IMG/VR virus record: IMGVR_UViG_3300042896_000657
Span: 32,001 to 96,000 of that record
DNA length: 64,000 bases
Reading direction: 5' to 3' (one strand)
Origin: a virus
Positions 20,179 through 30,972 of the stretch are shown here, one piece after another (positions within the stretch are counted from its first letter, which is position 1; each line of letters opens with the position of its first letter). The notes under the pieces are model-generated. The model made no database searches and had not been told where the DNA came from. It worked only from the letters and a program-made list of their open reading frames with translations. The position numbers and the translations under genes are program-made.

Positions 20179-22304
20179 AATTAAAATTATTAATAATATT
20201 ATTATTTGTAGCATTACAATCGTATAGCCAAAATCCAATTAAATTTAAATTAAGACAGTCTCCTATCATTACTAATATAAATGGAAATACTATTAGTAGG
20301 GGTGATGAATTTGAATTGTGGATTGATGCTAATGGAAATGGAAACACTTCCACTAGACAATTACTATTTGATTTACAATATGATTATGTAAATTTTGATT
20401 TAATATCTATAAATCATACAGGTACTGGAGGAAATGGTGGAGTACTACCAGCAGGATCTAATATACAACTAACTCATCAAACATATCCAGGATATAATTT
20501 TGCTAGTAATCAACAAAATACAACATCAAATGGTACTACAAATTATCAATTTGCTAATTATCAATATTCACAAAATAATACACAATCAATTATTAGAGCA
20601 ACATTAACATGGGCTACTCCAAACGGAATGCCTTATGGGGGATATGATAGATTATTAATATTAAAATTTAGATTAAAACAATCATCAACATCTTCATCAT
20701 TTAATCCTATTAAATTAAATTTTGTAGCTGGTTGGAATGCAAATGGAGGTGGTGATGCAACATTTCAAGAAAATCCACTATCATCAACAGTTTTAATAGA
20801 TCAAAATGCTAGTAAACTAGTAACTGCTAAAGTAGATATTAATTCAAATTTACTAGCATTATCTAATGTTAAAGTATCATTTAGAGATACTATATCAAAT
20901 ATAGGACAATTATTTAATGTTCTATCTGATGGTACTGTAGATATTAATCAATCATTATTATCTGAAAATAAAGTATATCAAGTAAGTGTAATGCATGAAA
21001 TGGATAAAATGTATCAAACATATAATGGTGCAATTACTATTTCAGATTTTACAACAGCACAAAGTGAATTTACTACTATGGGATTAGATGGTTCTAATGG
21101 TCAAATTTTAAAAACAGGACAATCATTATATGCTGCTGATATAAATAGAAATAAAGTAATTGATGGTGGGGATTTACCTCAGTTATTAGCTCAAGTTGTA
21201 GGTTTAGATACATTATTTGCTTTACCTAATGGATATAATATTGGACAAGGTGGGTGGATGAGTTTACCAACTTGGAGAGCAACAAATGCAACATCAATAT
21301 CTGGTCAAGTAGAATGGGCATATATAACTCCAAATATGTACTCTCAAGGAGTAAGTAGATTAATGATTGATGTTAGAGAATTTAATGGAACTAATATTAA
21401 TCCTAATCAATTAAAAAGTATTCAAATATTTGACATATATTCAGGACCTGTAGAATTTATTAGTTCAGATGGAACATGGGCTGAATATAAAATCCCATCA
21501 TCATTAATTAAAGCAACAGATGGAACATCTTTATATCTACCATTTATTAGAAATAATAGTGGAAGTACCGATTATTCATTAAAATCAGAATGGGAATTTA
21601 ATGTTTCGCCTTTATCATCTTGGAGTTCTATAAGTACATCAAATTGGAATACTATTACATATCCTAAAACATATGTTAAAACAGGATTAATGGGAAGTAA
21701 TACAGTATTAGAATTAAAATATTTGCTTTGGGGTGATGTAAATCGTTCACATTCATCACAAGTAGTAAATATAGATAATAGTGGAGGTAGTTACGTTCAA
21801 ACAAACGCTATTAATAGTTTAAATAGTAATAAAGCATTTAAATTAATGTCATTAAATCCTTCATCATTTATTAATACTCCTAACGATATTTCTTCAATAA
21901 ATGTTAATTTATCAAATTTAACAGTATTATCTAACAACATAGAAATCCCAGTAAGTATAGATACTAAAGGTAATAATGTTGGAGGATTACAATTTGAATT
22001 TACTTTTGATCCTAATAAAATCAAATTTGAAGAATTATTATCTAGTATTCCTAATACGTGGTATGTATTCGCAAATTCAAAATCTGGAAAAATTAAATTT
22101 GGAGCATTAGATCAAAGTAAAAATCCAATAAATGGAAATAATATACCCTTTAAACTTAAATTCTCTACTATAGGAAATGGAATAGACATATTAACATCAA
22201 TAAAAGTTTCATCAACAATGGATGCAAGTGACTCTGAAGGAAAACAATTAGGGATCAATTTAAACACAACTCAAATTAAGTTAACGGGATATAAAAACTT
22301 TTAA
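20175..22304 (+). CDS. Large secreted protein with cohesin-like beta domains and dockerin/EF-hand-like motif
   Basis: Signal peptide; LFDLQYD and GLQFEFTFDP cohesin-like strands; ADINRNKVIDGGD; GDVNRS. Confidence 0.6.
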   Translation: MKLKLLIILLFVALQSYSQNPIKFKLRQSPIITNINGNTISRGDEFELWIDANGNGNTSTRQLLFDLQYDYVNFDLISINHTGTGGNGGVLPAGSNIQLTHQTYPGYNFASNQQNTTSNGTTNYQFANYQYSQNNTQSIIRATLTWATPNGMPYGGYDRLLILKFRLKQSSTSSSFNPIKLNFVAGWNANGGGDATFQENPLSSTVLIDQNASKLVTAKVDINSNLLALSNVKVSFRDTISNIGQLFNVLSDGTVDINQSLLSENKVYQVSVMHEMDKMYQTYNGAITISDFTTAQSEFTTMGLDGSNGQILKTGQSLYAADINRNKVIDGGDLPQLLAQVVGLDTLFALPNGYNIGQGGWMSLPTWRATNATSISGQVEWAYITPNMYSQGVSRLMIDVREFNGTNINPNQLKSIQIFDIYSGPVEFISSDGTWAEYKIPSSLIKATDGTSLYLPFIRNNSGSTDYSLKSEWEFNVSPLSSWSSISTSNWNTITYPKTYVKTGLMGSNTVLELKYLLWGDVNRSHSSQVVNIDNSGGSYVQTNAINSLNSNKAFKLMSLNPSSFINTPNDISSINVNLSNLTVLSNNIEIPVSIDTKGNNVGGLQFEFTFDPNKIKFEELLSSIPNTWYVFANSKSGKIKFGALDQSKNPINGNNIPFKLKFSTIGNGIDILTSIKVSSTMDASDSEGKQLGINLNTTQIKLTGYKNF

Positions 22305-22305
22305 A

Positions 22306-22674
22306 ATGAATAAAAAATTAATAACAATATTAATAATATTAGGGTTTGTAGTTGGATGTAAAAAATATGAAGAAACATATCCTGAAACCTTACAAATTAA
22401 TTTAGGTAAAACATCTGAATTAACTGCTATTAAATTAGTAAAGCAGGAAAATAATATTGTAACAGCTGTATTTTCAACTACACCTGGAGCAAAATATTCA
22501 ATTCAAATAATACCATTTGGTAGTGAAACACCAATATTAAAAGAAGGATTTACAGCAAATAATACTGAAGCATCTAGAATATTTGATTTATCTGATCTAC
22601 CTAAAAAAGATTATGATTTAATATTTATAGATATAAGTGGTAAAGAAGTTAAATATCCAATCATAATTAAATAA
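22306..22674 (+). CDS. Lipoprotein
   Basis: Lipobox VVGC followed by KKYEE. Confidence 0.7.
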   Translation: MNKKLITILIILGFVVGCKKYEETYPETLQINLGKTSELTAIKLVKQENNIVTAVFSTTPGAKYSIQIIPFGSETPILKEGFTANNTEASRIFDLSDLPKKDYDLIFIDISGKEVKYPIIIK

Positions 22675-22681
22675 TAATAAT

Positions 22682-23005
22682 ATGTCAGAAGAACAAGAAC
22701 AAGAAGGAACATGGTCTAGTGTAAAAAAAACCGTGTTAGGTACCTTAGCTACAGTCATCACAGCAGGTGGTGCATGGTTAGGATCAACATTATTTGGTGG
22801 TGGAAACGAGGAAACAACACAACAACCAGCACAATCCGCTCCAGTAATTAATATTACAAATTCAAATCAACAACAACAATCTAATAATAGTGGTACTACT
22901 ATTATTAAGGAAAGAGTAATTGAAAAACAAGCTCCATCAACAAAAAAAGAAGTAGTTAAGAAAAAAGAAGGTGATGAGTTTAAAGAAGAAGCACCAAAAT
23001 GGTAA
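22682..23005 (+). CDS. Membrane-anchored protein with Q/N-rich linker
   Basis: Single TM segment, then low-complexity region. Confidence 0.6.
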   Translation: MSEEQEQEGTWSSVKKTVLGTLATVITAGGAWLGSTLFGGGNEETTQQPAQSAPVINITNSNQQQQSNNSGTTIIKERVIEKQAPSTKKEVVKKKEGDEFKEEAPKW

Positions 23006-23036
23006 GGAATAATTAAAAACAATTAAAATTAAAATT

Positions 23037-23285
23037 ATGAAATTCTCAGACATTTTTAAAGACAGTAATGATATCAACGAAAAATCAGTAGTTGGATTTA
23101 TTGCCTTTTCAATAATGGTTATATTTGCTCTTACAGATTTAGTAACTGGATACTTTGGTAAGCATTTAGTTATTAGTGATACCATTTATAATTCATTCCA
23201 ATTATTAGTATTAGGATGTTTTGGAATTTCTGGAGTTGAAAAGATATTTGGAAGTAAGAAAAAAGAAGAAGAAGAAATAAATTAA
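23037..23285 (+). CDS. Two-TM membrane protein, holin candidate
   Basis: Two hydrophobic helices and charged tail, directly upstream of endolysin. Confidence 0.5.
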   Translation: MKFSDIFKDSNDINEKSVVGFIAFSIMVIFALTDLVTGYFGKHLVISDTIYNSFQLLVLGCFGISGVEKIFGSKKKEEEEIN

Positions 23286-23289
23286 AGAC

Positions 23290-23889
23290 ATGGTATTAGA
23301 TAAATTAAAAGGACACATACCTGATTCAGTTCTATCACAAATCCCTGATACAGCAGCTAAATTTGAATTAAATACTCCATTGCGATTAGCTCATTTCCTA
23401 GCTCAAGCAGGTCATGAATCAGGAGGATTTAAAGCAGTAAATGAAAATTTAAATTATGGTGCTAAAGGATTATTAGGAATATTTAAAAAATATTTCCCTA
23501 CAGAACAAAAAGCACTATTATATGAACGCAAACCTGAAAAAATAGCCAATCTAGTATATGGTGGTAGAATGGGAAATGGACCTGAAGTATCTGGTGAAGG
23601 TTTTAAATTCCGTGGACGTGGATATATTCAATTAACAGGTAAAGATAACTATAAAGCATTTGATGCTGTAGTAACTGAAAATATTATTGAAACCCCAGAT
23701 CTAGTTGCAACTAAATATCCACTAATGTCTGCAGCATGGTTTTTCCATAAAAATGGATTACATAAGATTGCTGATGAAGGTGCTACTGATGAAGTAGTAA
23801 CTAAAGTAACAAAAAGAGTAAACGGTGGAACAATTGGATTACCTGATAGAATTAAACATTTTAAAGAATATTACAACTTATTAAAATAA
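23290..23889 (+). CDS. GH19 endolysin (chitinase/lysozyme-like)
   Basis: AHFLAQAGHES, ENLNY, FRGRGYIQLTG, VTKRVNGG. Confidence 0.92.
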   Translation: MVLDKLKGHIPDSVLSQIPDTAAKFELNTPLRLAHFLAQAGHESGGFKAVNENLNYGAKGLLGIFKKYFPTEQKALLYERKPEKIANLVYGGRMGNGPEVSGEGFKFRGRGYIQLTGKDNYKAFDAVVTENIIETPDLVATKYPLMSAAWFFHKNGLHKIADEGATDEVVTKVTKRVNGGTIGLPDRIKHFKEYYNLLK

Positions 23890-24482
23890 TGGCAAAATAT
23901 ACTAAAGATCAAATTGAAAAAGCAATTAAAGCTAAAGGTTATGTTTGGTTTGAAGGAATTAGAAACTTTGATCTAAACATTGTAGGAGTACGTAATTCAT
24001 CAACAGGTAATGTAGTAACAAATGCATTTGATGATGTTATTACAGTATCTTTTAAAGAGGATGGTAATTGGGTATATAAAGAATGGGCTAATACAACAGA
24101 TCCAGGAACTAAAGGCGTTAAAGAATTTCACAATGCTGCTGGTGTTGCTAGATTAGTAGAAGGTCAATATAGAGGGTCTCATACTATAGGTCTACACCAG
24201 GGTAAATATGAAGCATTAAAGCAACAAAAACCTGTTAAAGTATATCGTGATGCCAATAAAGATATGACTTATGATGAATCTAAGATCCAAGAAGGAATAT
24301 TTGGTATTAATATTCATAAAGCAGGTGTTGATTCAACATATGTAGAGAATTGGTCTGAGGGATGCCAAGTATTTAAACGTGCTGCAGATTTTGAGGAATT
24401 TATGACAATATGTAGAAAATCAGCAAAAATACATGGTGCTTCATTTACTTATACATTAATTGAATCTAAAGATATAGTATAA
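23889..24482 (+). CDS. L,D-transpeptidase (YkuD)-like peptidoglycan enzyme
   Basis: GINIHKAG..WSEGCQV (His..SxGC catalytic motif). Confidence 0.65.
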   Translation: MAKYTKDQIEKAIKAKGYVWFEGIRNFDLNIVGVRNSSTGNVVTNAFDDVITVSFKEDGNWVYKEWANTTDPGTKGVKEFHNAAGVARLVEGQYRGSHTIGLHQGKYEALKQQKPVKVYRDANKDMTYDESKIQEGIFGINIHKAGVDSTYVENWSEGCQVFKRAADFEEFMTICRKSAKIHGASFTYTLIESKDIV

Positions 24483-24520
24483 TAAAAAAGTTAAAGTAAC
24501 GTAATATAAACATAATATGG

Positions 24521-24550
24521 AATCCTTACATTAATTGTAAGGATTTTCTA
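24521..24550 (+). terminator. Hairpin/terminator
   Basis: AATCCTTACA-TTAAT-TGTAAGGATT-TT. Confidence 0.5.
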
Positions 24551-24570
24551 TTTATATTAAAATCATATTC

Positions 24571-26829
24571 ATGAAGTTACTTTTATTATTACTGTTATGT
24601 GTTCCTATATTATCATTTTCCCAAGATACGATAACTTTTAAAGAACAAAATTTAACAGAATTTATTATTAAATCTGTCCCTAAAAAAATATCTGAAGTAT
24701 CAATTATTAATACAATTAGAAAATCATCAGTAATATCTGATGGTATATCTATTGATTTTATTAAAAAAACACCAGACAGAACTGTTGGAGATGCACTTAA
24801 AAGAGTAAGTGGTATTACAATTCAAAATGATAAATTTGTATTAGTAAGAGGATTAGCAGATAGATATAATTCTGCTATATTAAATAAAACCTTATTACCA
24901 TCAACTGAACCTGATAGGAGAGCATTTTCATTTGATATGATCCCAACAATATTAATTGATAACATTATAGTTTCTAAATCATCATCAGCAAACCAACCAG
25001 GAGACTGGAGTGGGGGATTAGTACAAATTACAACAAAAGAAGTATCCGATAATTTTTTCAATATCTCATTAGGAAGTGGTTGGGGTTCGGTTTCAACTTT
25101 AAAGAATTTTAAGTCAATTCAATCTACTGCCTTCCCTTCAACATTCCCCTCTACTTACAATTATCGTATTAGTGGAAATGGTGATAAAAGATTATTCACA
25201 AAACAATTTAATAATCTAATAGTAGAAGAATTTAAAACAATACCAAATTTAAATGGAGGATTATCATTTGGTTATGTAAATGGTAAATTTAATTCATTAT
25301 TTAGTTCATCAATTAGAAATACATTTACTTTAAATAATATTGAAAGAAAAGATTATCAATCATCAACTGAATTAGCATATGATTATAAGGATATATTATA
25401 TACAAAAAGATCTTCATCAAATGGTTTATTTAATTTAACTTATTTAGGTAAAAATACATATAGCTTAAAAACATTATTAAATTATCAAAAAGATAATACA
25501 TACATGGATAGAAATGGTAAAAATTATGATAATATCCAAGATGTTAATAGTAATTTATCTAATCATATTAATAATTTCATCATTAATTCCCAATTTGATG
25601 GTAAGATTAATACCTGGGATTTTAATGTAGGGTATAATTTAATGTTAAGAGAGCAACCTGATTATAGAGTTAATCCAATTACAAAATCATTAGGAATAAA
25701 CGAACCATATTCAACAGCATGGAGAGATACATATCGTTTTTGGAGTGTAATGGATGAAAATTCTTTTAATGGTAACATTAATAAATCATTTGGTAATATC
25801 AAGATTGGTGGTGGTTACTTAAAAAAGATTAGAGGATTTGACGCAAGAATATTCAGATATCTTTCAACTGATATGTTAGATGAAATAACAAATAATACGG
25901 ATAGATATACTGCTGATTTTGATTTGGGTAGTGGATATGTAATGTGGGATAAAGAATTAGGTTTATGGAAGTTAAATACTGGTGTAAGAACTGAATATAA
26001 TTTATTTAATGTTAATACTGCCGACTTCAGTGGGCAAAAAATAAATGTAAATAGAGAATATTTAGATATATTACCATCATTAAATCTTTCATATAATTTA
26101 GATAAAGTAAAGTATAGATTCTCATTAAGTAAAACGTTAGCAAGACCTGAGTTTAGAGAAGTAGCTAATTTTGCTTATTATGATTTTGTTCGTAACGCAC
26201 AATTATTAGGTAATCCTAACTTAGAAAAATCTGATATATATAATTTAGATTTAAAATGGGAGGTATATCCAAAAGCTGGGGAGAATATTTCAGTATCTAT
26301 ATTTGGTAAGAATTTTATAAAACCAATTGAGCAAGTAGTAGCAGATGGTTCAGTTCCATCTAATTTATTATTAACTTATTCAAATCCTGATAAAGCATAT
26401 CTTTATGGTATTGAATTAGAGTTTCGTAAAAAAATAACTAATTGGTTTGATGTTTATACAAACGCTTCGGTGATGAATTCTGAAGTAAATGTTAATGGAA
26501 TAAAAAGACAATTACAGGGACAATCAAATTATATATTAAATGGTGGTATTAATTTTAAAAAGAAAAACAATATATTTAATATATCATATAATAAAGTAGG
26601 AAGTAGAATATCAGCAGTAGGATTCCAAGGCTATCCAGATATATTTGAAAATAGTAGAGATATATTAGATGTAACTATTTTACATAAAATAAAAAATGGA
26701 GAAATTAAGTTAGCATTTGGAGATGTGTTTGGTCAATCATCAAAATACTATCAAAATTCACGAAATACAAATCTTATAAAAATAAATAACGAACAAACAA
26801 TTTCACTAACATTAAATTTAAATCTATGA
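24571..26829 (+). CDS. TonB-dependent outer-membrane receptor
   Basis: Plug DALKRVSGI..VRGLADRYN..FDMIP; ARPEFRE; GNPNL; C-terminal barrel strand. Confidence 0.92.
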   Translation: MKLLLLLLLCVPILSFSQDTITFKEQNLTEFIIKSVPKKISEVSIINTIRKSSVISDGISIDFIKKTPDRTVGDALKRVSGITIQNDKFVLVRGLADRYNSAILNKTLLPSTEPDRRAFSFDMIPTILIDNIIVSKSSSANQPGDWSGGLVQITTKEVSDNFFNISLGSGWGSVSTLKNFKSIQSTAFPSTFPSTYNYRISGNGDKRLFTKQFNNLIVEEFKTIPNLNGGLSFGYVNGKFNSLFSSSIRNTFTLNNIERKDYQSSTELAYDYKDILYTKRSSSNGLFNLTYLGKNTYSLKTLLNYQKDNTYMDRNGKNYDNIQDVNSNLSNHINNFIINSQFDGKINTWDFNVGYNLMLREQPDYRVNPITKSLGINEPYSTAWRDTYRFWSVMDENSFNGNINKSFGNIKIGGGYLKKIRGFDARIFRYLSTDMLDEITNNTDRYTADFDLGSGYVMWDKELGLWKLNTGVRTEYNLFNVNTADFSGQKINVNREYLDILPSLNLSYNLDKVKYRFSLSKTLARPEFREVANFAYYDFVRNAQLLGNPNLEKSDIYNLDLKWEVYPKAGENISVSIFGKNFIKPIEQVVADGSVPSNLLLTYSNPDKAYLYGIELEFRKKITNWFDVYTNASVMNSEVNVNGIKRQLQGQSNYILNGGINFKKKNNIFNISYNKVGSRISAVGFQGYPDIFENSRDILDVTILHKIKNGEIKLAFGDVFGQSSKYYQNSRNTNLIKINNEQTISLTLNLNL

Positions 26830-28028
26830 AAAAATTATTAAGTATCTTTCTAATCGTAGGATTATTCAGCTGTAAAAAAGAATTAGGCAGTGATGTAACT
26901 CCTATTAATATTCCCTCATCTACCACACTTAATGGGAATATAAACATTACAACAACTTTAACATCAGATAAAGTGTGGACATTAAAAGGTTATGTATATG
27001 TAACTGATGGTGCAAAACTTATCATTCAACCAGGAACAACAATTGTTTCTGACATCGCAGAAAAAGGTGCATTGATTATTGAAAGAGGTGCACAAATAAT
27101 TGCAGAAGGAACCGCTACAAAACCTATTGTATTTACATCAGGTAAAACAGTTGGTGATAAAGCCCCTGGTGATTGGGGAGGTGTAGTAATATTAGGTAAA
27201 GCAACTACTAATAGAACTTCTGAACCAATAATAGAAGGAGGTGTTAATAGATCTTATGGTGGAACTAATGATTTAGATAATAGTGGTATTCTAAAATATG
27301 TAAGAATTGAATACGCTGGTATAGCAGCAATGCCAAACTCAGAAATAAATGCATTAACATTAGGTGGTGTTGGTTCTGGTACTACAATTGAATACATTCA
27401 AACTGTATATGCTAACGATGATGCATTTGAGTTTTTTGGTGGTACTGTAAGTGCTAAAAACTTATACGCTTTTGCAACAGCGGATGATGATTTTGATTTT
27501 GATTTTGGATATAGAGGTTCAGTATCTTATTCAATTTCAAAAAGAGATCCACAATTCGTAGATAGTGGTGATGCTGGAAATGGTGTAGAGTGTGATAATG
27601 ATGGGAGTGGTACATTAGCACAACCATTTACACATCCTAAATTAGATAATATGATTTTAGTTGGGCCATTTGATGTGGCTTCATTAGCAAATCATAATTT
27701 GGGTTTAAGATGGAGAAGAGCAACCCAATTCACAATGACTAACTCAAAAATCATCGGATATCAAAAAGGTGCATTCTCAATGGAAAGTAACGAAACTGCA
27801 CAAGCATATAAAGATGGTGTAAGTAAATTCCAAAATAATGAGATTCAGTCTTATGACCCATTATTAAACTTTAGATCAACATCAACAGTAATTACCGCTG
27901 CTAATATGAAGATAAAGGCTTTATCAGAAGGTAATAAAGAGGTATCTTATACAAAAGCTGAAATGGAAAAATTATCCAAACCAATATGGATTAATGGATG
28001 GACTAGATTTCCAAATAAAGGTAATTAA
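26826..28028 (+). CDS. Surface lipoprotein (beta-helix-like), partner of the TonB receptor
   Basis: Lipobox LFSC; GDWGGVVILG, LKYVRIEYAG, DDAFEFFGGTV. Confidence 0.8.
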   Translation: MKKLLSIFLIVGLFSCKKELGSDVTPINIPSSTTLNGNINITTTLTSDKVWTLKGYVYVTDGAKLIIQPGTTIVSDIAEKGALIIERGAQIIAEGTATKPIVFTSGKTVGDKAPGDWGGVVILGKATTNRTSEPIIEGGVNRSYGGTNDLDNSGILKYVRIEYAGIAAMPNSEINALTLGGVGSGTTIEYIQTVYANDDAFEFFGGTVSAKNLYAFATADDDFDFDFGYRGSVSYSISKRDPQFVDSGDAGNGVECDNDGSGTLAQPFTHPKLDNMILVGPFDVASLANHNLGLRWRRATQFTMTNSKIIGYQKGAFSMESNETAQAYKDGVSKFQNNEIQSYDPLLNFRSTSTVITAANMKIKALSEGNKEVSYTKAEMEKLSKPIWINGWTRFPNKGN

Positions 28029-28065
28029 TAGTTTAATAACATATATTTATACTAAAATATAATAT

Positions 28066-28257
28066 ATGGAAAAGTTAAAACAATTCTACTTAAAAAATGA
28101 ACAAACACTACTATTTAGTAGTGTAATCATTTATCTATTTAGTTTATTATTTATACTTAATAATTCAGAATGGAAAGAAATACTATGGGTATTACAATTC
28201 GTGGGATTAGGATTTTTATTAGTTTTTAAAGGTAAACAAAAAGGATGGAAATGGTAG
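28066..28257 (+). CDS. Small two-TM membrane protein
   Basis: Two hydrophobic helices. Confidence 0.55.
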   Translation: MEKLKQFYLKNEQTLLFSSVIIYLFSLLFILNNSEWKEILWVLQFVGLGFLLVFKGKQKGWKW

Positions 28258-28982
28258 TAAATATAAAAAAATTCATATTATTATTTATTATTTGTTTAGT
28301 TGGGAATTTATCTATGGCCCAAACCATAGGTAAAACCCAAACTGAACAATATAAAGCATCTTTTGAGACTTCTATTGATATTGAAAAATATATGGATTAT
28401 GATGGTCCTCAAATTCCAATTCAAATTCTTAAGGCAGGTATATCTGATGAGATGTATGAAATGTATCCTGAATTAAAGGAAAAACGCGTAGGGTTAGGTG
28501 TTGCTAATATATCAATGGAATATCTTGAAAATCTTAATCGCTTCAAATTTACCGAAGATAAAACGGAAATTAAGAATAGAATGGTTAAACAATTCCAAGC
28601 ATCTCAAGCTGGAATTAGTGAAAATAAATTAGATGGCCGTGGCAAAATTAATTTAGCAGAATATTTCGTTACCATTGAATGTTATGATTACTCAGTATCT
28701 GAAGATGAGACTATTAATCTAAAAGATGGAGTTAAGAATATGATGATTACTCGATTAGGTTTACAAGTAAGATTCACAAATGCAGAAACTGGTGTTGTAT
28801 TTGGAGCATCAGGATTGGGTGAAGCAAAAACAACTAGAGAATTAACATTTCTATCAGATGCTGCTGTGGATGAAATGAAGTTTAATCAATCAACAATATC
28901 AATAGCTACTAAAAAAGCATTAGATATAGCCTGTGCTCGTATATTGGATAGAATGATTAAAAAAGGAATATTTACAAAATAA
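28245..28982 (+). CDS. CsgG/FlgT-like secreted protein
   Basis: Signal peptide; RLGLQVRFTNAETG, ASGLGEA. Confidence 0.6.
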   Translation: MEMVVNIKKFILLFIICLVGNLSMAQTIGKTQTEQYKASFETSIDIEKYMDYDGPQIPIQILKAGISDEMYEMYPELKEKRVGLGVANISMEYLENLNRFKFTEDKTEIKNRMVKQFQASQAGISENKLDGRGKINLAEYFVTIECYDYSVSEDETINLKDGVKNMMITRLGLQVRFTNAETGVVFGASGLGEAKTTRELTFLSDAAVDEMKFNQSTISIATKKALDIACARILDRMIKKGIFTK

Positions 28983-29071
28983 AATATTACAAACCATATT
29001 TAATATTCTATAATATAGAATATATTAATATCAGAAGGTTATGATTCAAAATTAACATTTGAATTATCATA

Positions 29072-30325
29072 ATGAAAAAATGGATTGGGATATTATTAAT
29101 TATATTATCATATAGTTTAGACACTAAATCACAGGTATTAACACAAACATACTTAGATCCTTGTGATAGTAAAATGTATGTAGTATCATTTCCATTACCA
29201 ATATCTGTTATTACAGTTGCTATTAGAAATAAAGCAAAATCATTTACATACATAGATGCTCAAAATGGAACAATGTCTCAATGGATTGTTGGGATATTAT
29301 CAACTCCATGTCCTGTACCTGTAGCCGCAGTAGTAACACAAACACAAGTAGCTACTTCTGTAGCAAGATCAGCAGCAACTGTTGCTGCTACAGCAGCAGC
29401 AGCACCACCTCCTGTAGTAGTACCAACAGCAGCACCTGCTCCTGCAGCAGCACCTTCCTCAGCTCCTGCTGCTTCTTCATCAAGTACATCCTCATCATCT
29501 TCAAGTAGTAGCTCTGAATCATCTTCAAGTAGTAGTAGTTCGTCTGAATCAAAATCTGAATCAAGTAGTTCTGAGGAATCTAAAACTGAAGAATCGTCTT
29601 CCGAAGAATCATCTTCCGAAGAATCTAAATCTGAAGAAAAAGAAGAAGAAAAGAAAGAATCAAAAAACAAAGGTGCTAAACAACAAAAAATTAATCCATT
29701 ATTAATAGCATCAGATTTAACAACTGCTCAAAATCCAGACAATACATTCTCAGCAATAATGAATGTTGGGGTATCTAAAAATTCAATGGCTGGGGATGTA
29801 TCATATGGTGTAACTGGAATGGTATGGTCTAATCTAAATCAATTTGCTGTATCAAGTAGATATACTAAAATAACATTTAATGATGCCATGGCAACAACAG
29901 TAGCTAATACTAGTTTAACCACAGCATATGCAATGGGTAGCGTATTTGTATTTTTAGGGTATAGTGAAGTAATTAGTAAACCAAAACTTGGTGTTTTAGG
30001 ATATAATGTAAATTTAGGAGCAATGTTCTTAACGGGGGGTATTCAAAGTTACTTATCGTCATTAACAATGTTCTATATGAAACCCGTAGTATTAACTAAA
30101 AGAATAATTATTACACCTTCTATGTTTGCTAGCGGGACTCCTTTATTATATTCCCAAAGTCAAACATCAGTAGATACTAATTTAGCGTTAATGGCTGGTT
30201 CAACATTTGATTATGCTATTACTAAAAAATTTAAATTTGGTTTTGATTATAAAATTAGTTTTGGAACAGCACCTAATATTCCAATATTGAATATGGTTAT
30301 GGTTGGATCTAAAATTCAACTATAA
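29072..30325 (+). CDS. Secreted/outer-membrane beta-barrel-like protein with Ala-Pro and Ser-Glu linker
   Basis: Signal peptide; long low-complexity linker; amphipathic C-terminal strands. Confidence 0.6.
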   Translation: MKKWIGILLIILSYSLDTKSQVLTQTYLDPCDSKMYVVSFPLPISVITVAIRNKAKSFTYIDAQNGTMSQWIVGILSTPCPVPVAAVVTQTQVATSVARSAATVAATAAAAPPPVVVPTAAPAPAAAPSSAPAASSSSTSSSSSSSSSESSSSSSSSSESKSESSSSEESKTEESSSEESSSEESKSEEKEEEKKESKNKGAKQQKINPLLIASDLTTAQNPDNTFSAIMNVGVSKNSMAGDVSYGVTGMVWSNLNQFAVSSRYTKITFNDAMATTVANTSLTTAYAMGSVFVFLGYSEVISKPKLGVLGYNVNLGAMFLTGGIQSYLSSLTMFYMKPVVLTKRIIITPSMFASGTPLLYSQSQTSVDTNLALMAGSTFDYAITKKFKFGFDYKISFGTAPNIPILNMVMVGSKIQL

Positions 30326-30382
30326 ATTTGGAGATGTCAGGGTAAGGCATTACATTGAATACATAAACATAAATAAATAAAA

Positions 30383-30664
30383 ATGAGTTACGATTTAGCA
30401 AACAAGTATGCGGAATTTGAAATTCCTAAAGAACTTAAACAAGTAGCACTCTCCAAACAATTATCATTAAGCGCTACTAAAATGGTATTATTTTCAGACC
30501 ATGTTCAATTAAGTAATGATGATGTAGATTACTACATGGCTTTAAAACCTGAAAGAATGGAGGATGAAAGTTTTGAAGATTACAAAAACAGACGTGTATT
30601 TACAAAACAATTATTTAAACATAGAACATTAATATTTGATTATTCAATTTACGAAACAATTTAA
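30383..30664 (+). CDS. hypothetical protein
   Basis: 93-aa ORF after a promoter motif. Confidence 0.65.
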   Translation: MSYDLANKYAEFEIPKELKQVALSKQLSLSATKMVLFSDHVQLSNDDVDYYMALKPERMEDESFEDYKNRRVFTKQLFKHRTLIFDYSIYETI

Positions 30665-30685
30665 AAACAATTTAAAAACAAAGTT

Positions 30686-30967
30686 ATGAGAAATTACGAC
30701 GATAATGAACCAGTACAAGAAATGAGCACACCATCCCAATTAACCAGAAATAGTGGAGAAAAAGAATTTATCCGTCCAAGAATAGATTATTTAAGAGATC
30801 ATGAAATAAGTATTAGATTTTTAAGTTTAGGATGTATAGTTAGAGTTGGATGTAAAGAAATAGCATTCACTTCAATTGACGAAGCAATGAAAGAAGTTAA
30901 TGCTTACGTTACTAATCCAGAAGCATCAACAGATAAATACAATAAATTATTTAACGAACAGAAATAA
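30686..30967 (+). CDS. hypothetical protein
   Basis: 93-aa ORF. Confidence 0.65.
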   Translation: MRNYDDNEPVQEMSTPSQLTRNSGEKEFIRPRIDYLRDHEISIRFLSLGCIVRVGCKEIAFTSIDEAMKEVNAYVTNPEASTDKYNKLFNEQK

Positions 30968-30972
30968 AAATT

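Noticed and set aside
29470-29660. Tandem DNA repeat
   Set aside because: Explained by the Ser/Glu low-complexity protein linker.
321-29670. Minus-strand ORFs antisense to long genes (e.g. 321-680, 3454-3783, 29278-29670)
   Set aside because: Shadow ORFs arising from codon bias or low-complexity sequence of the + strand genes.
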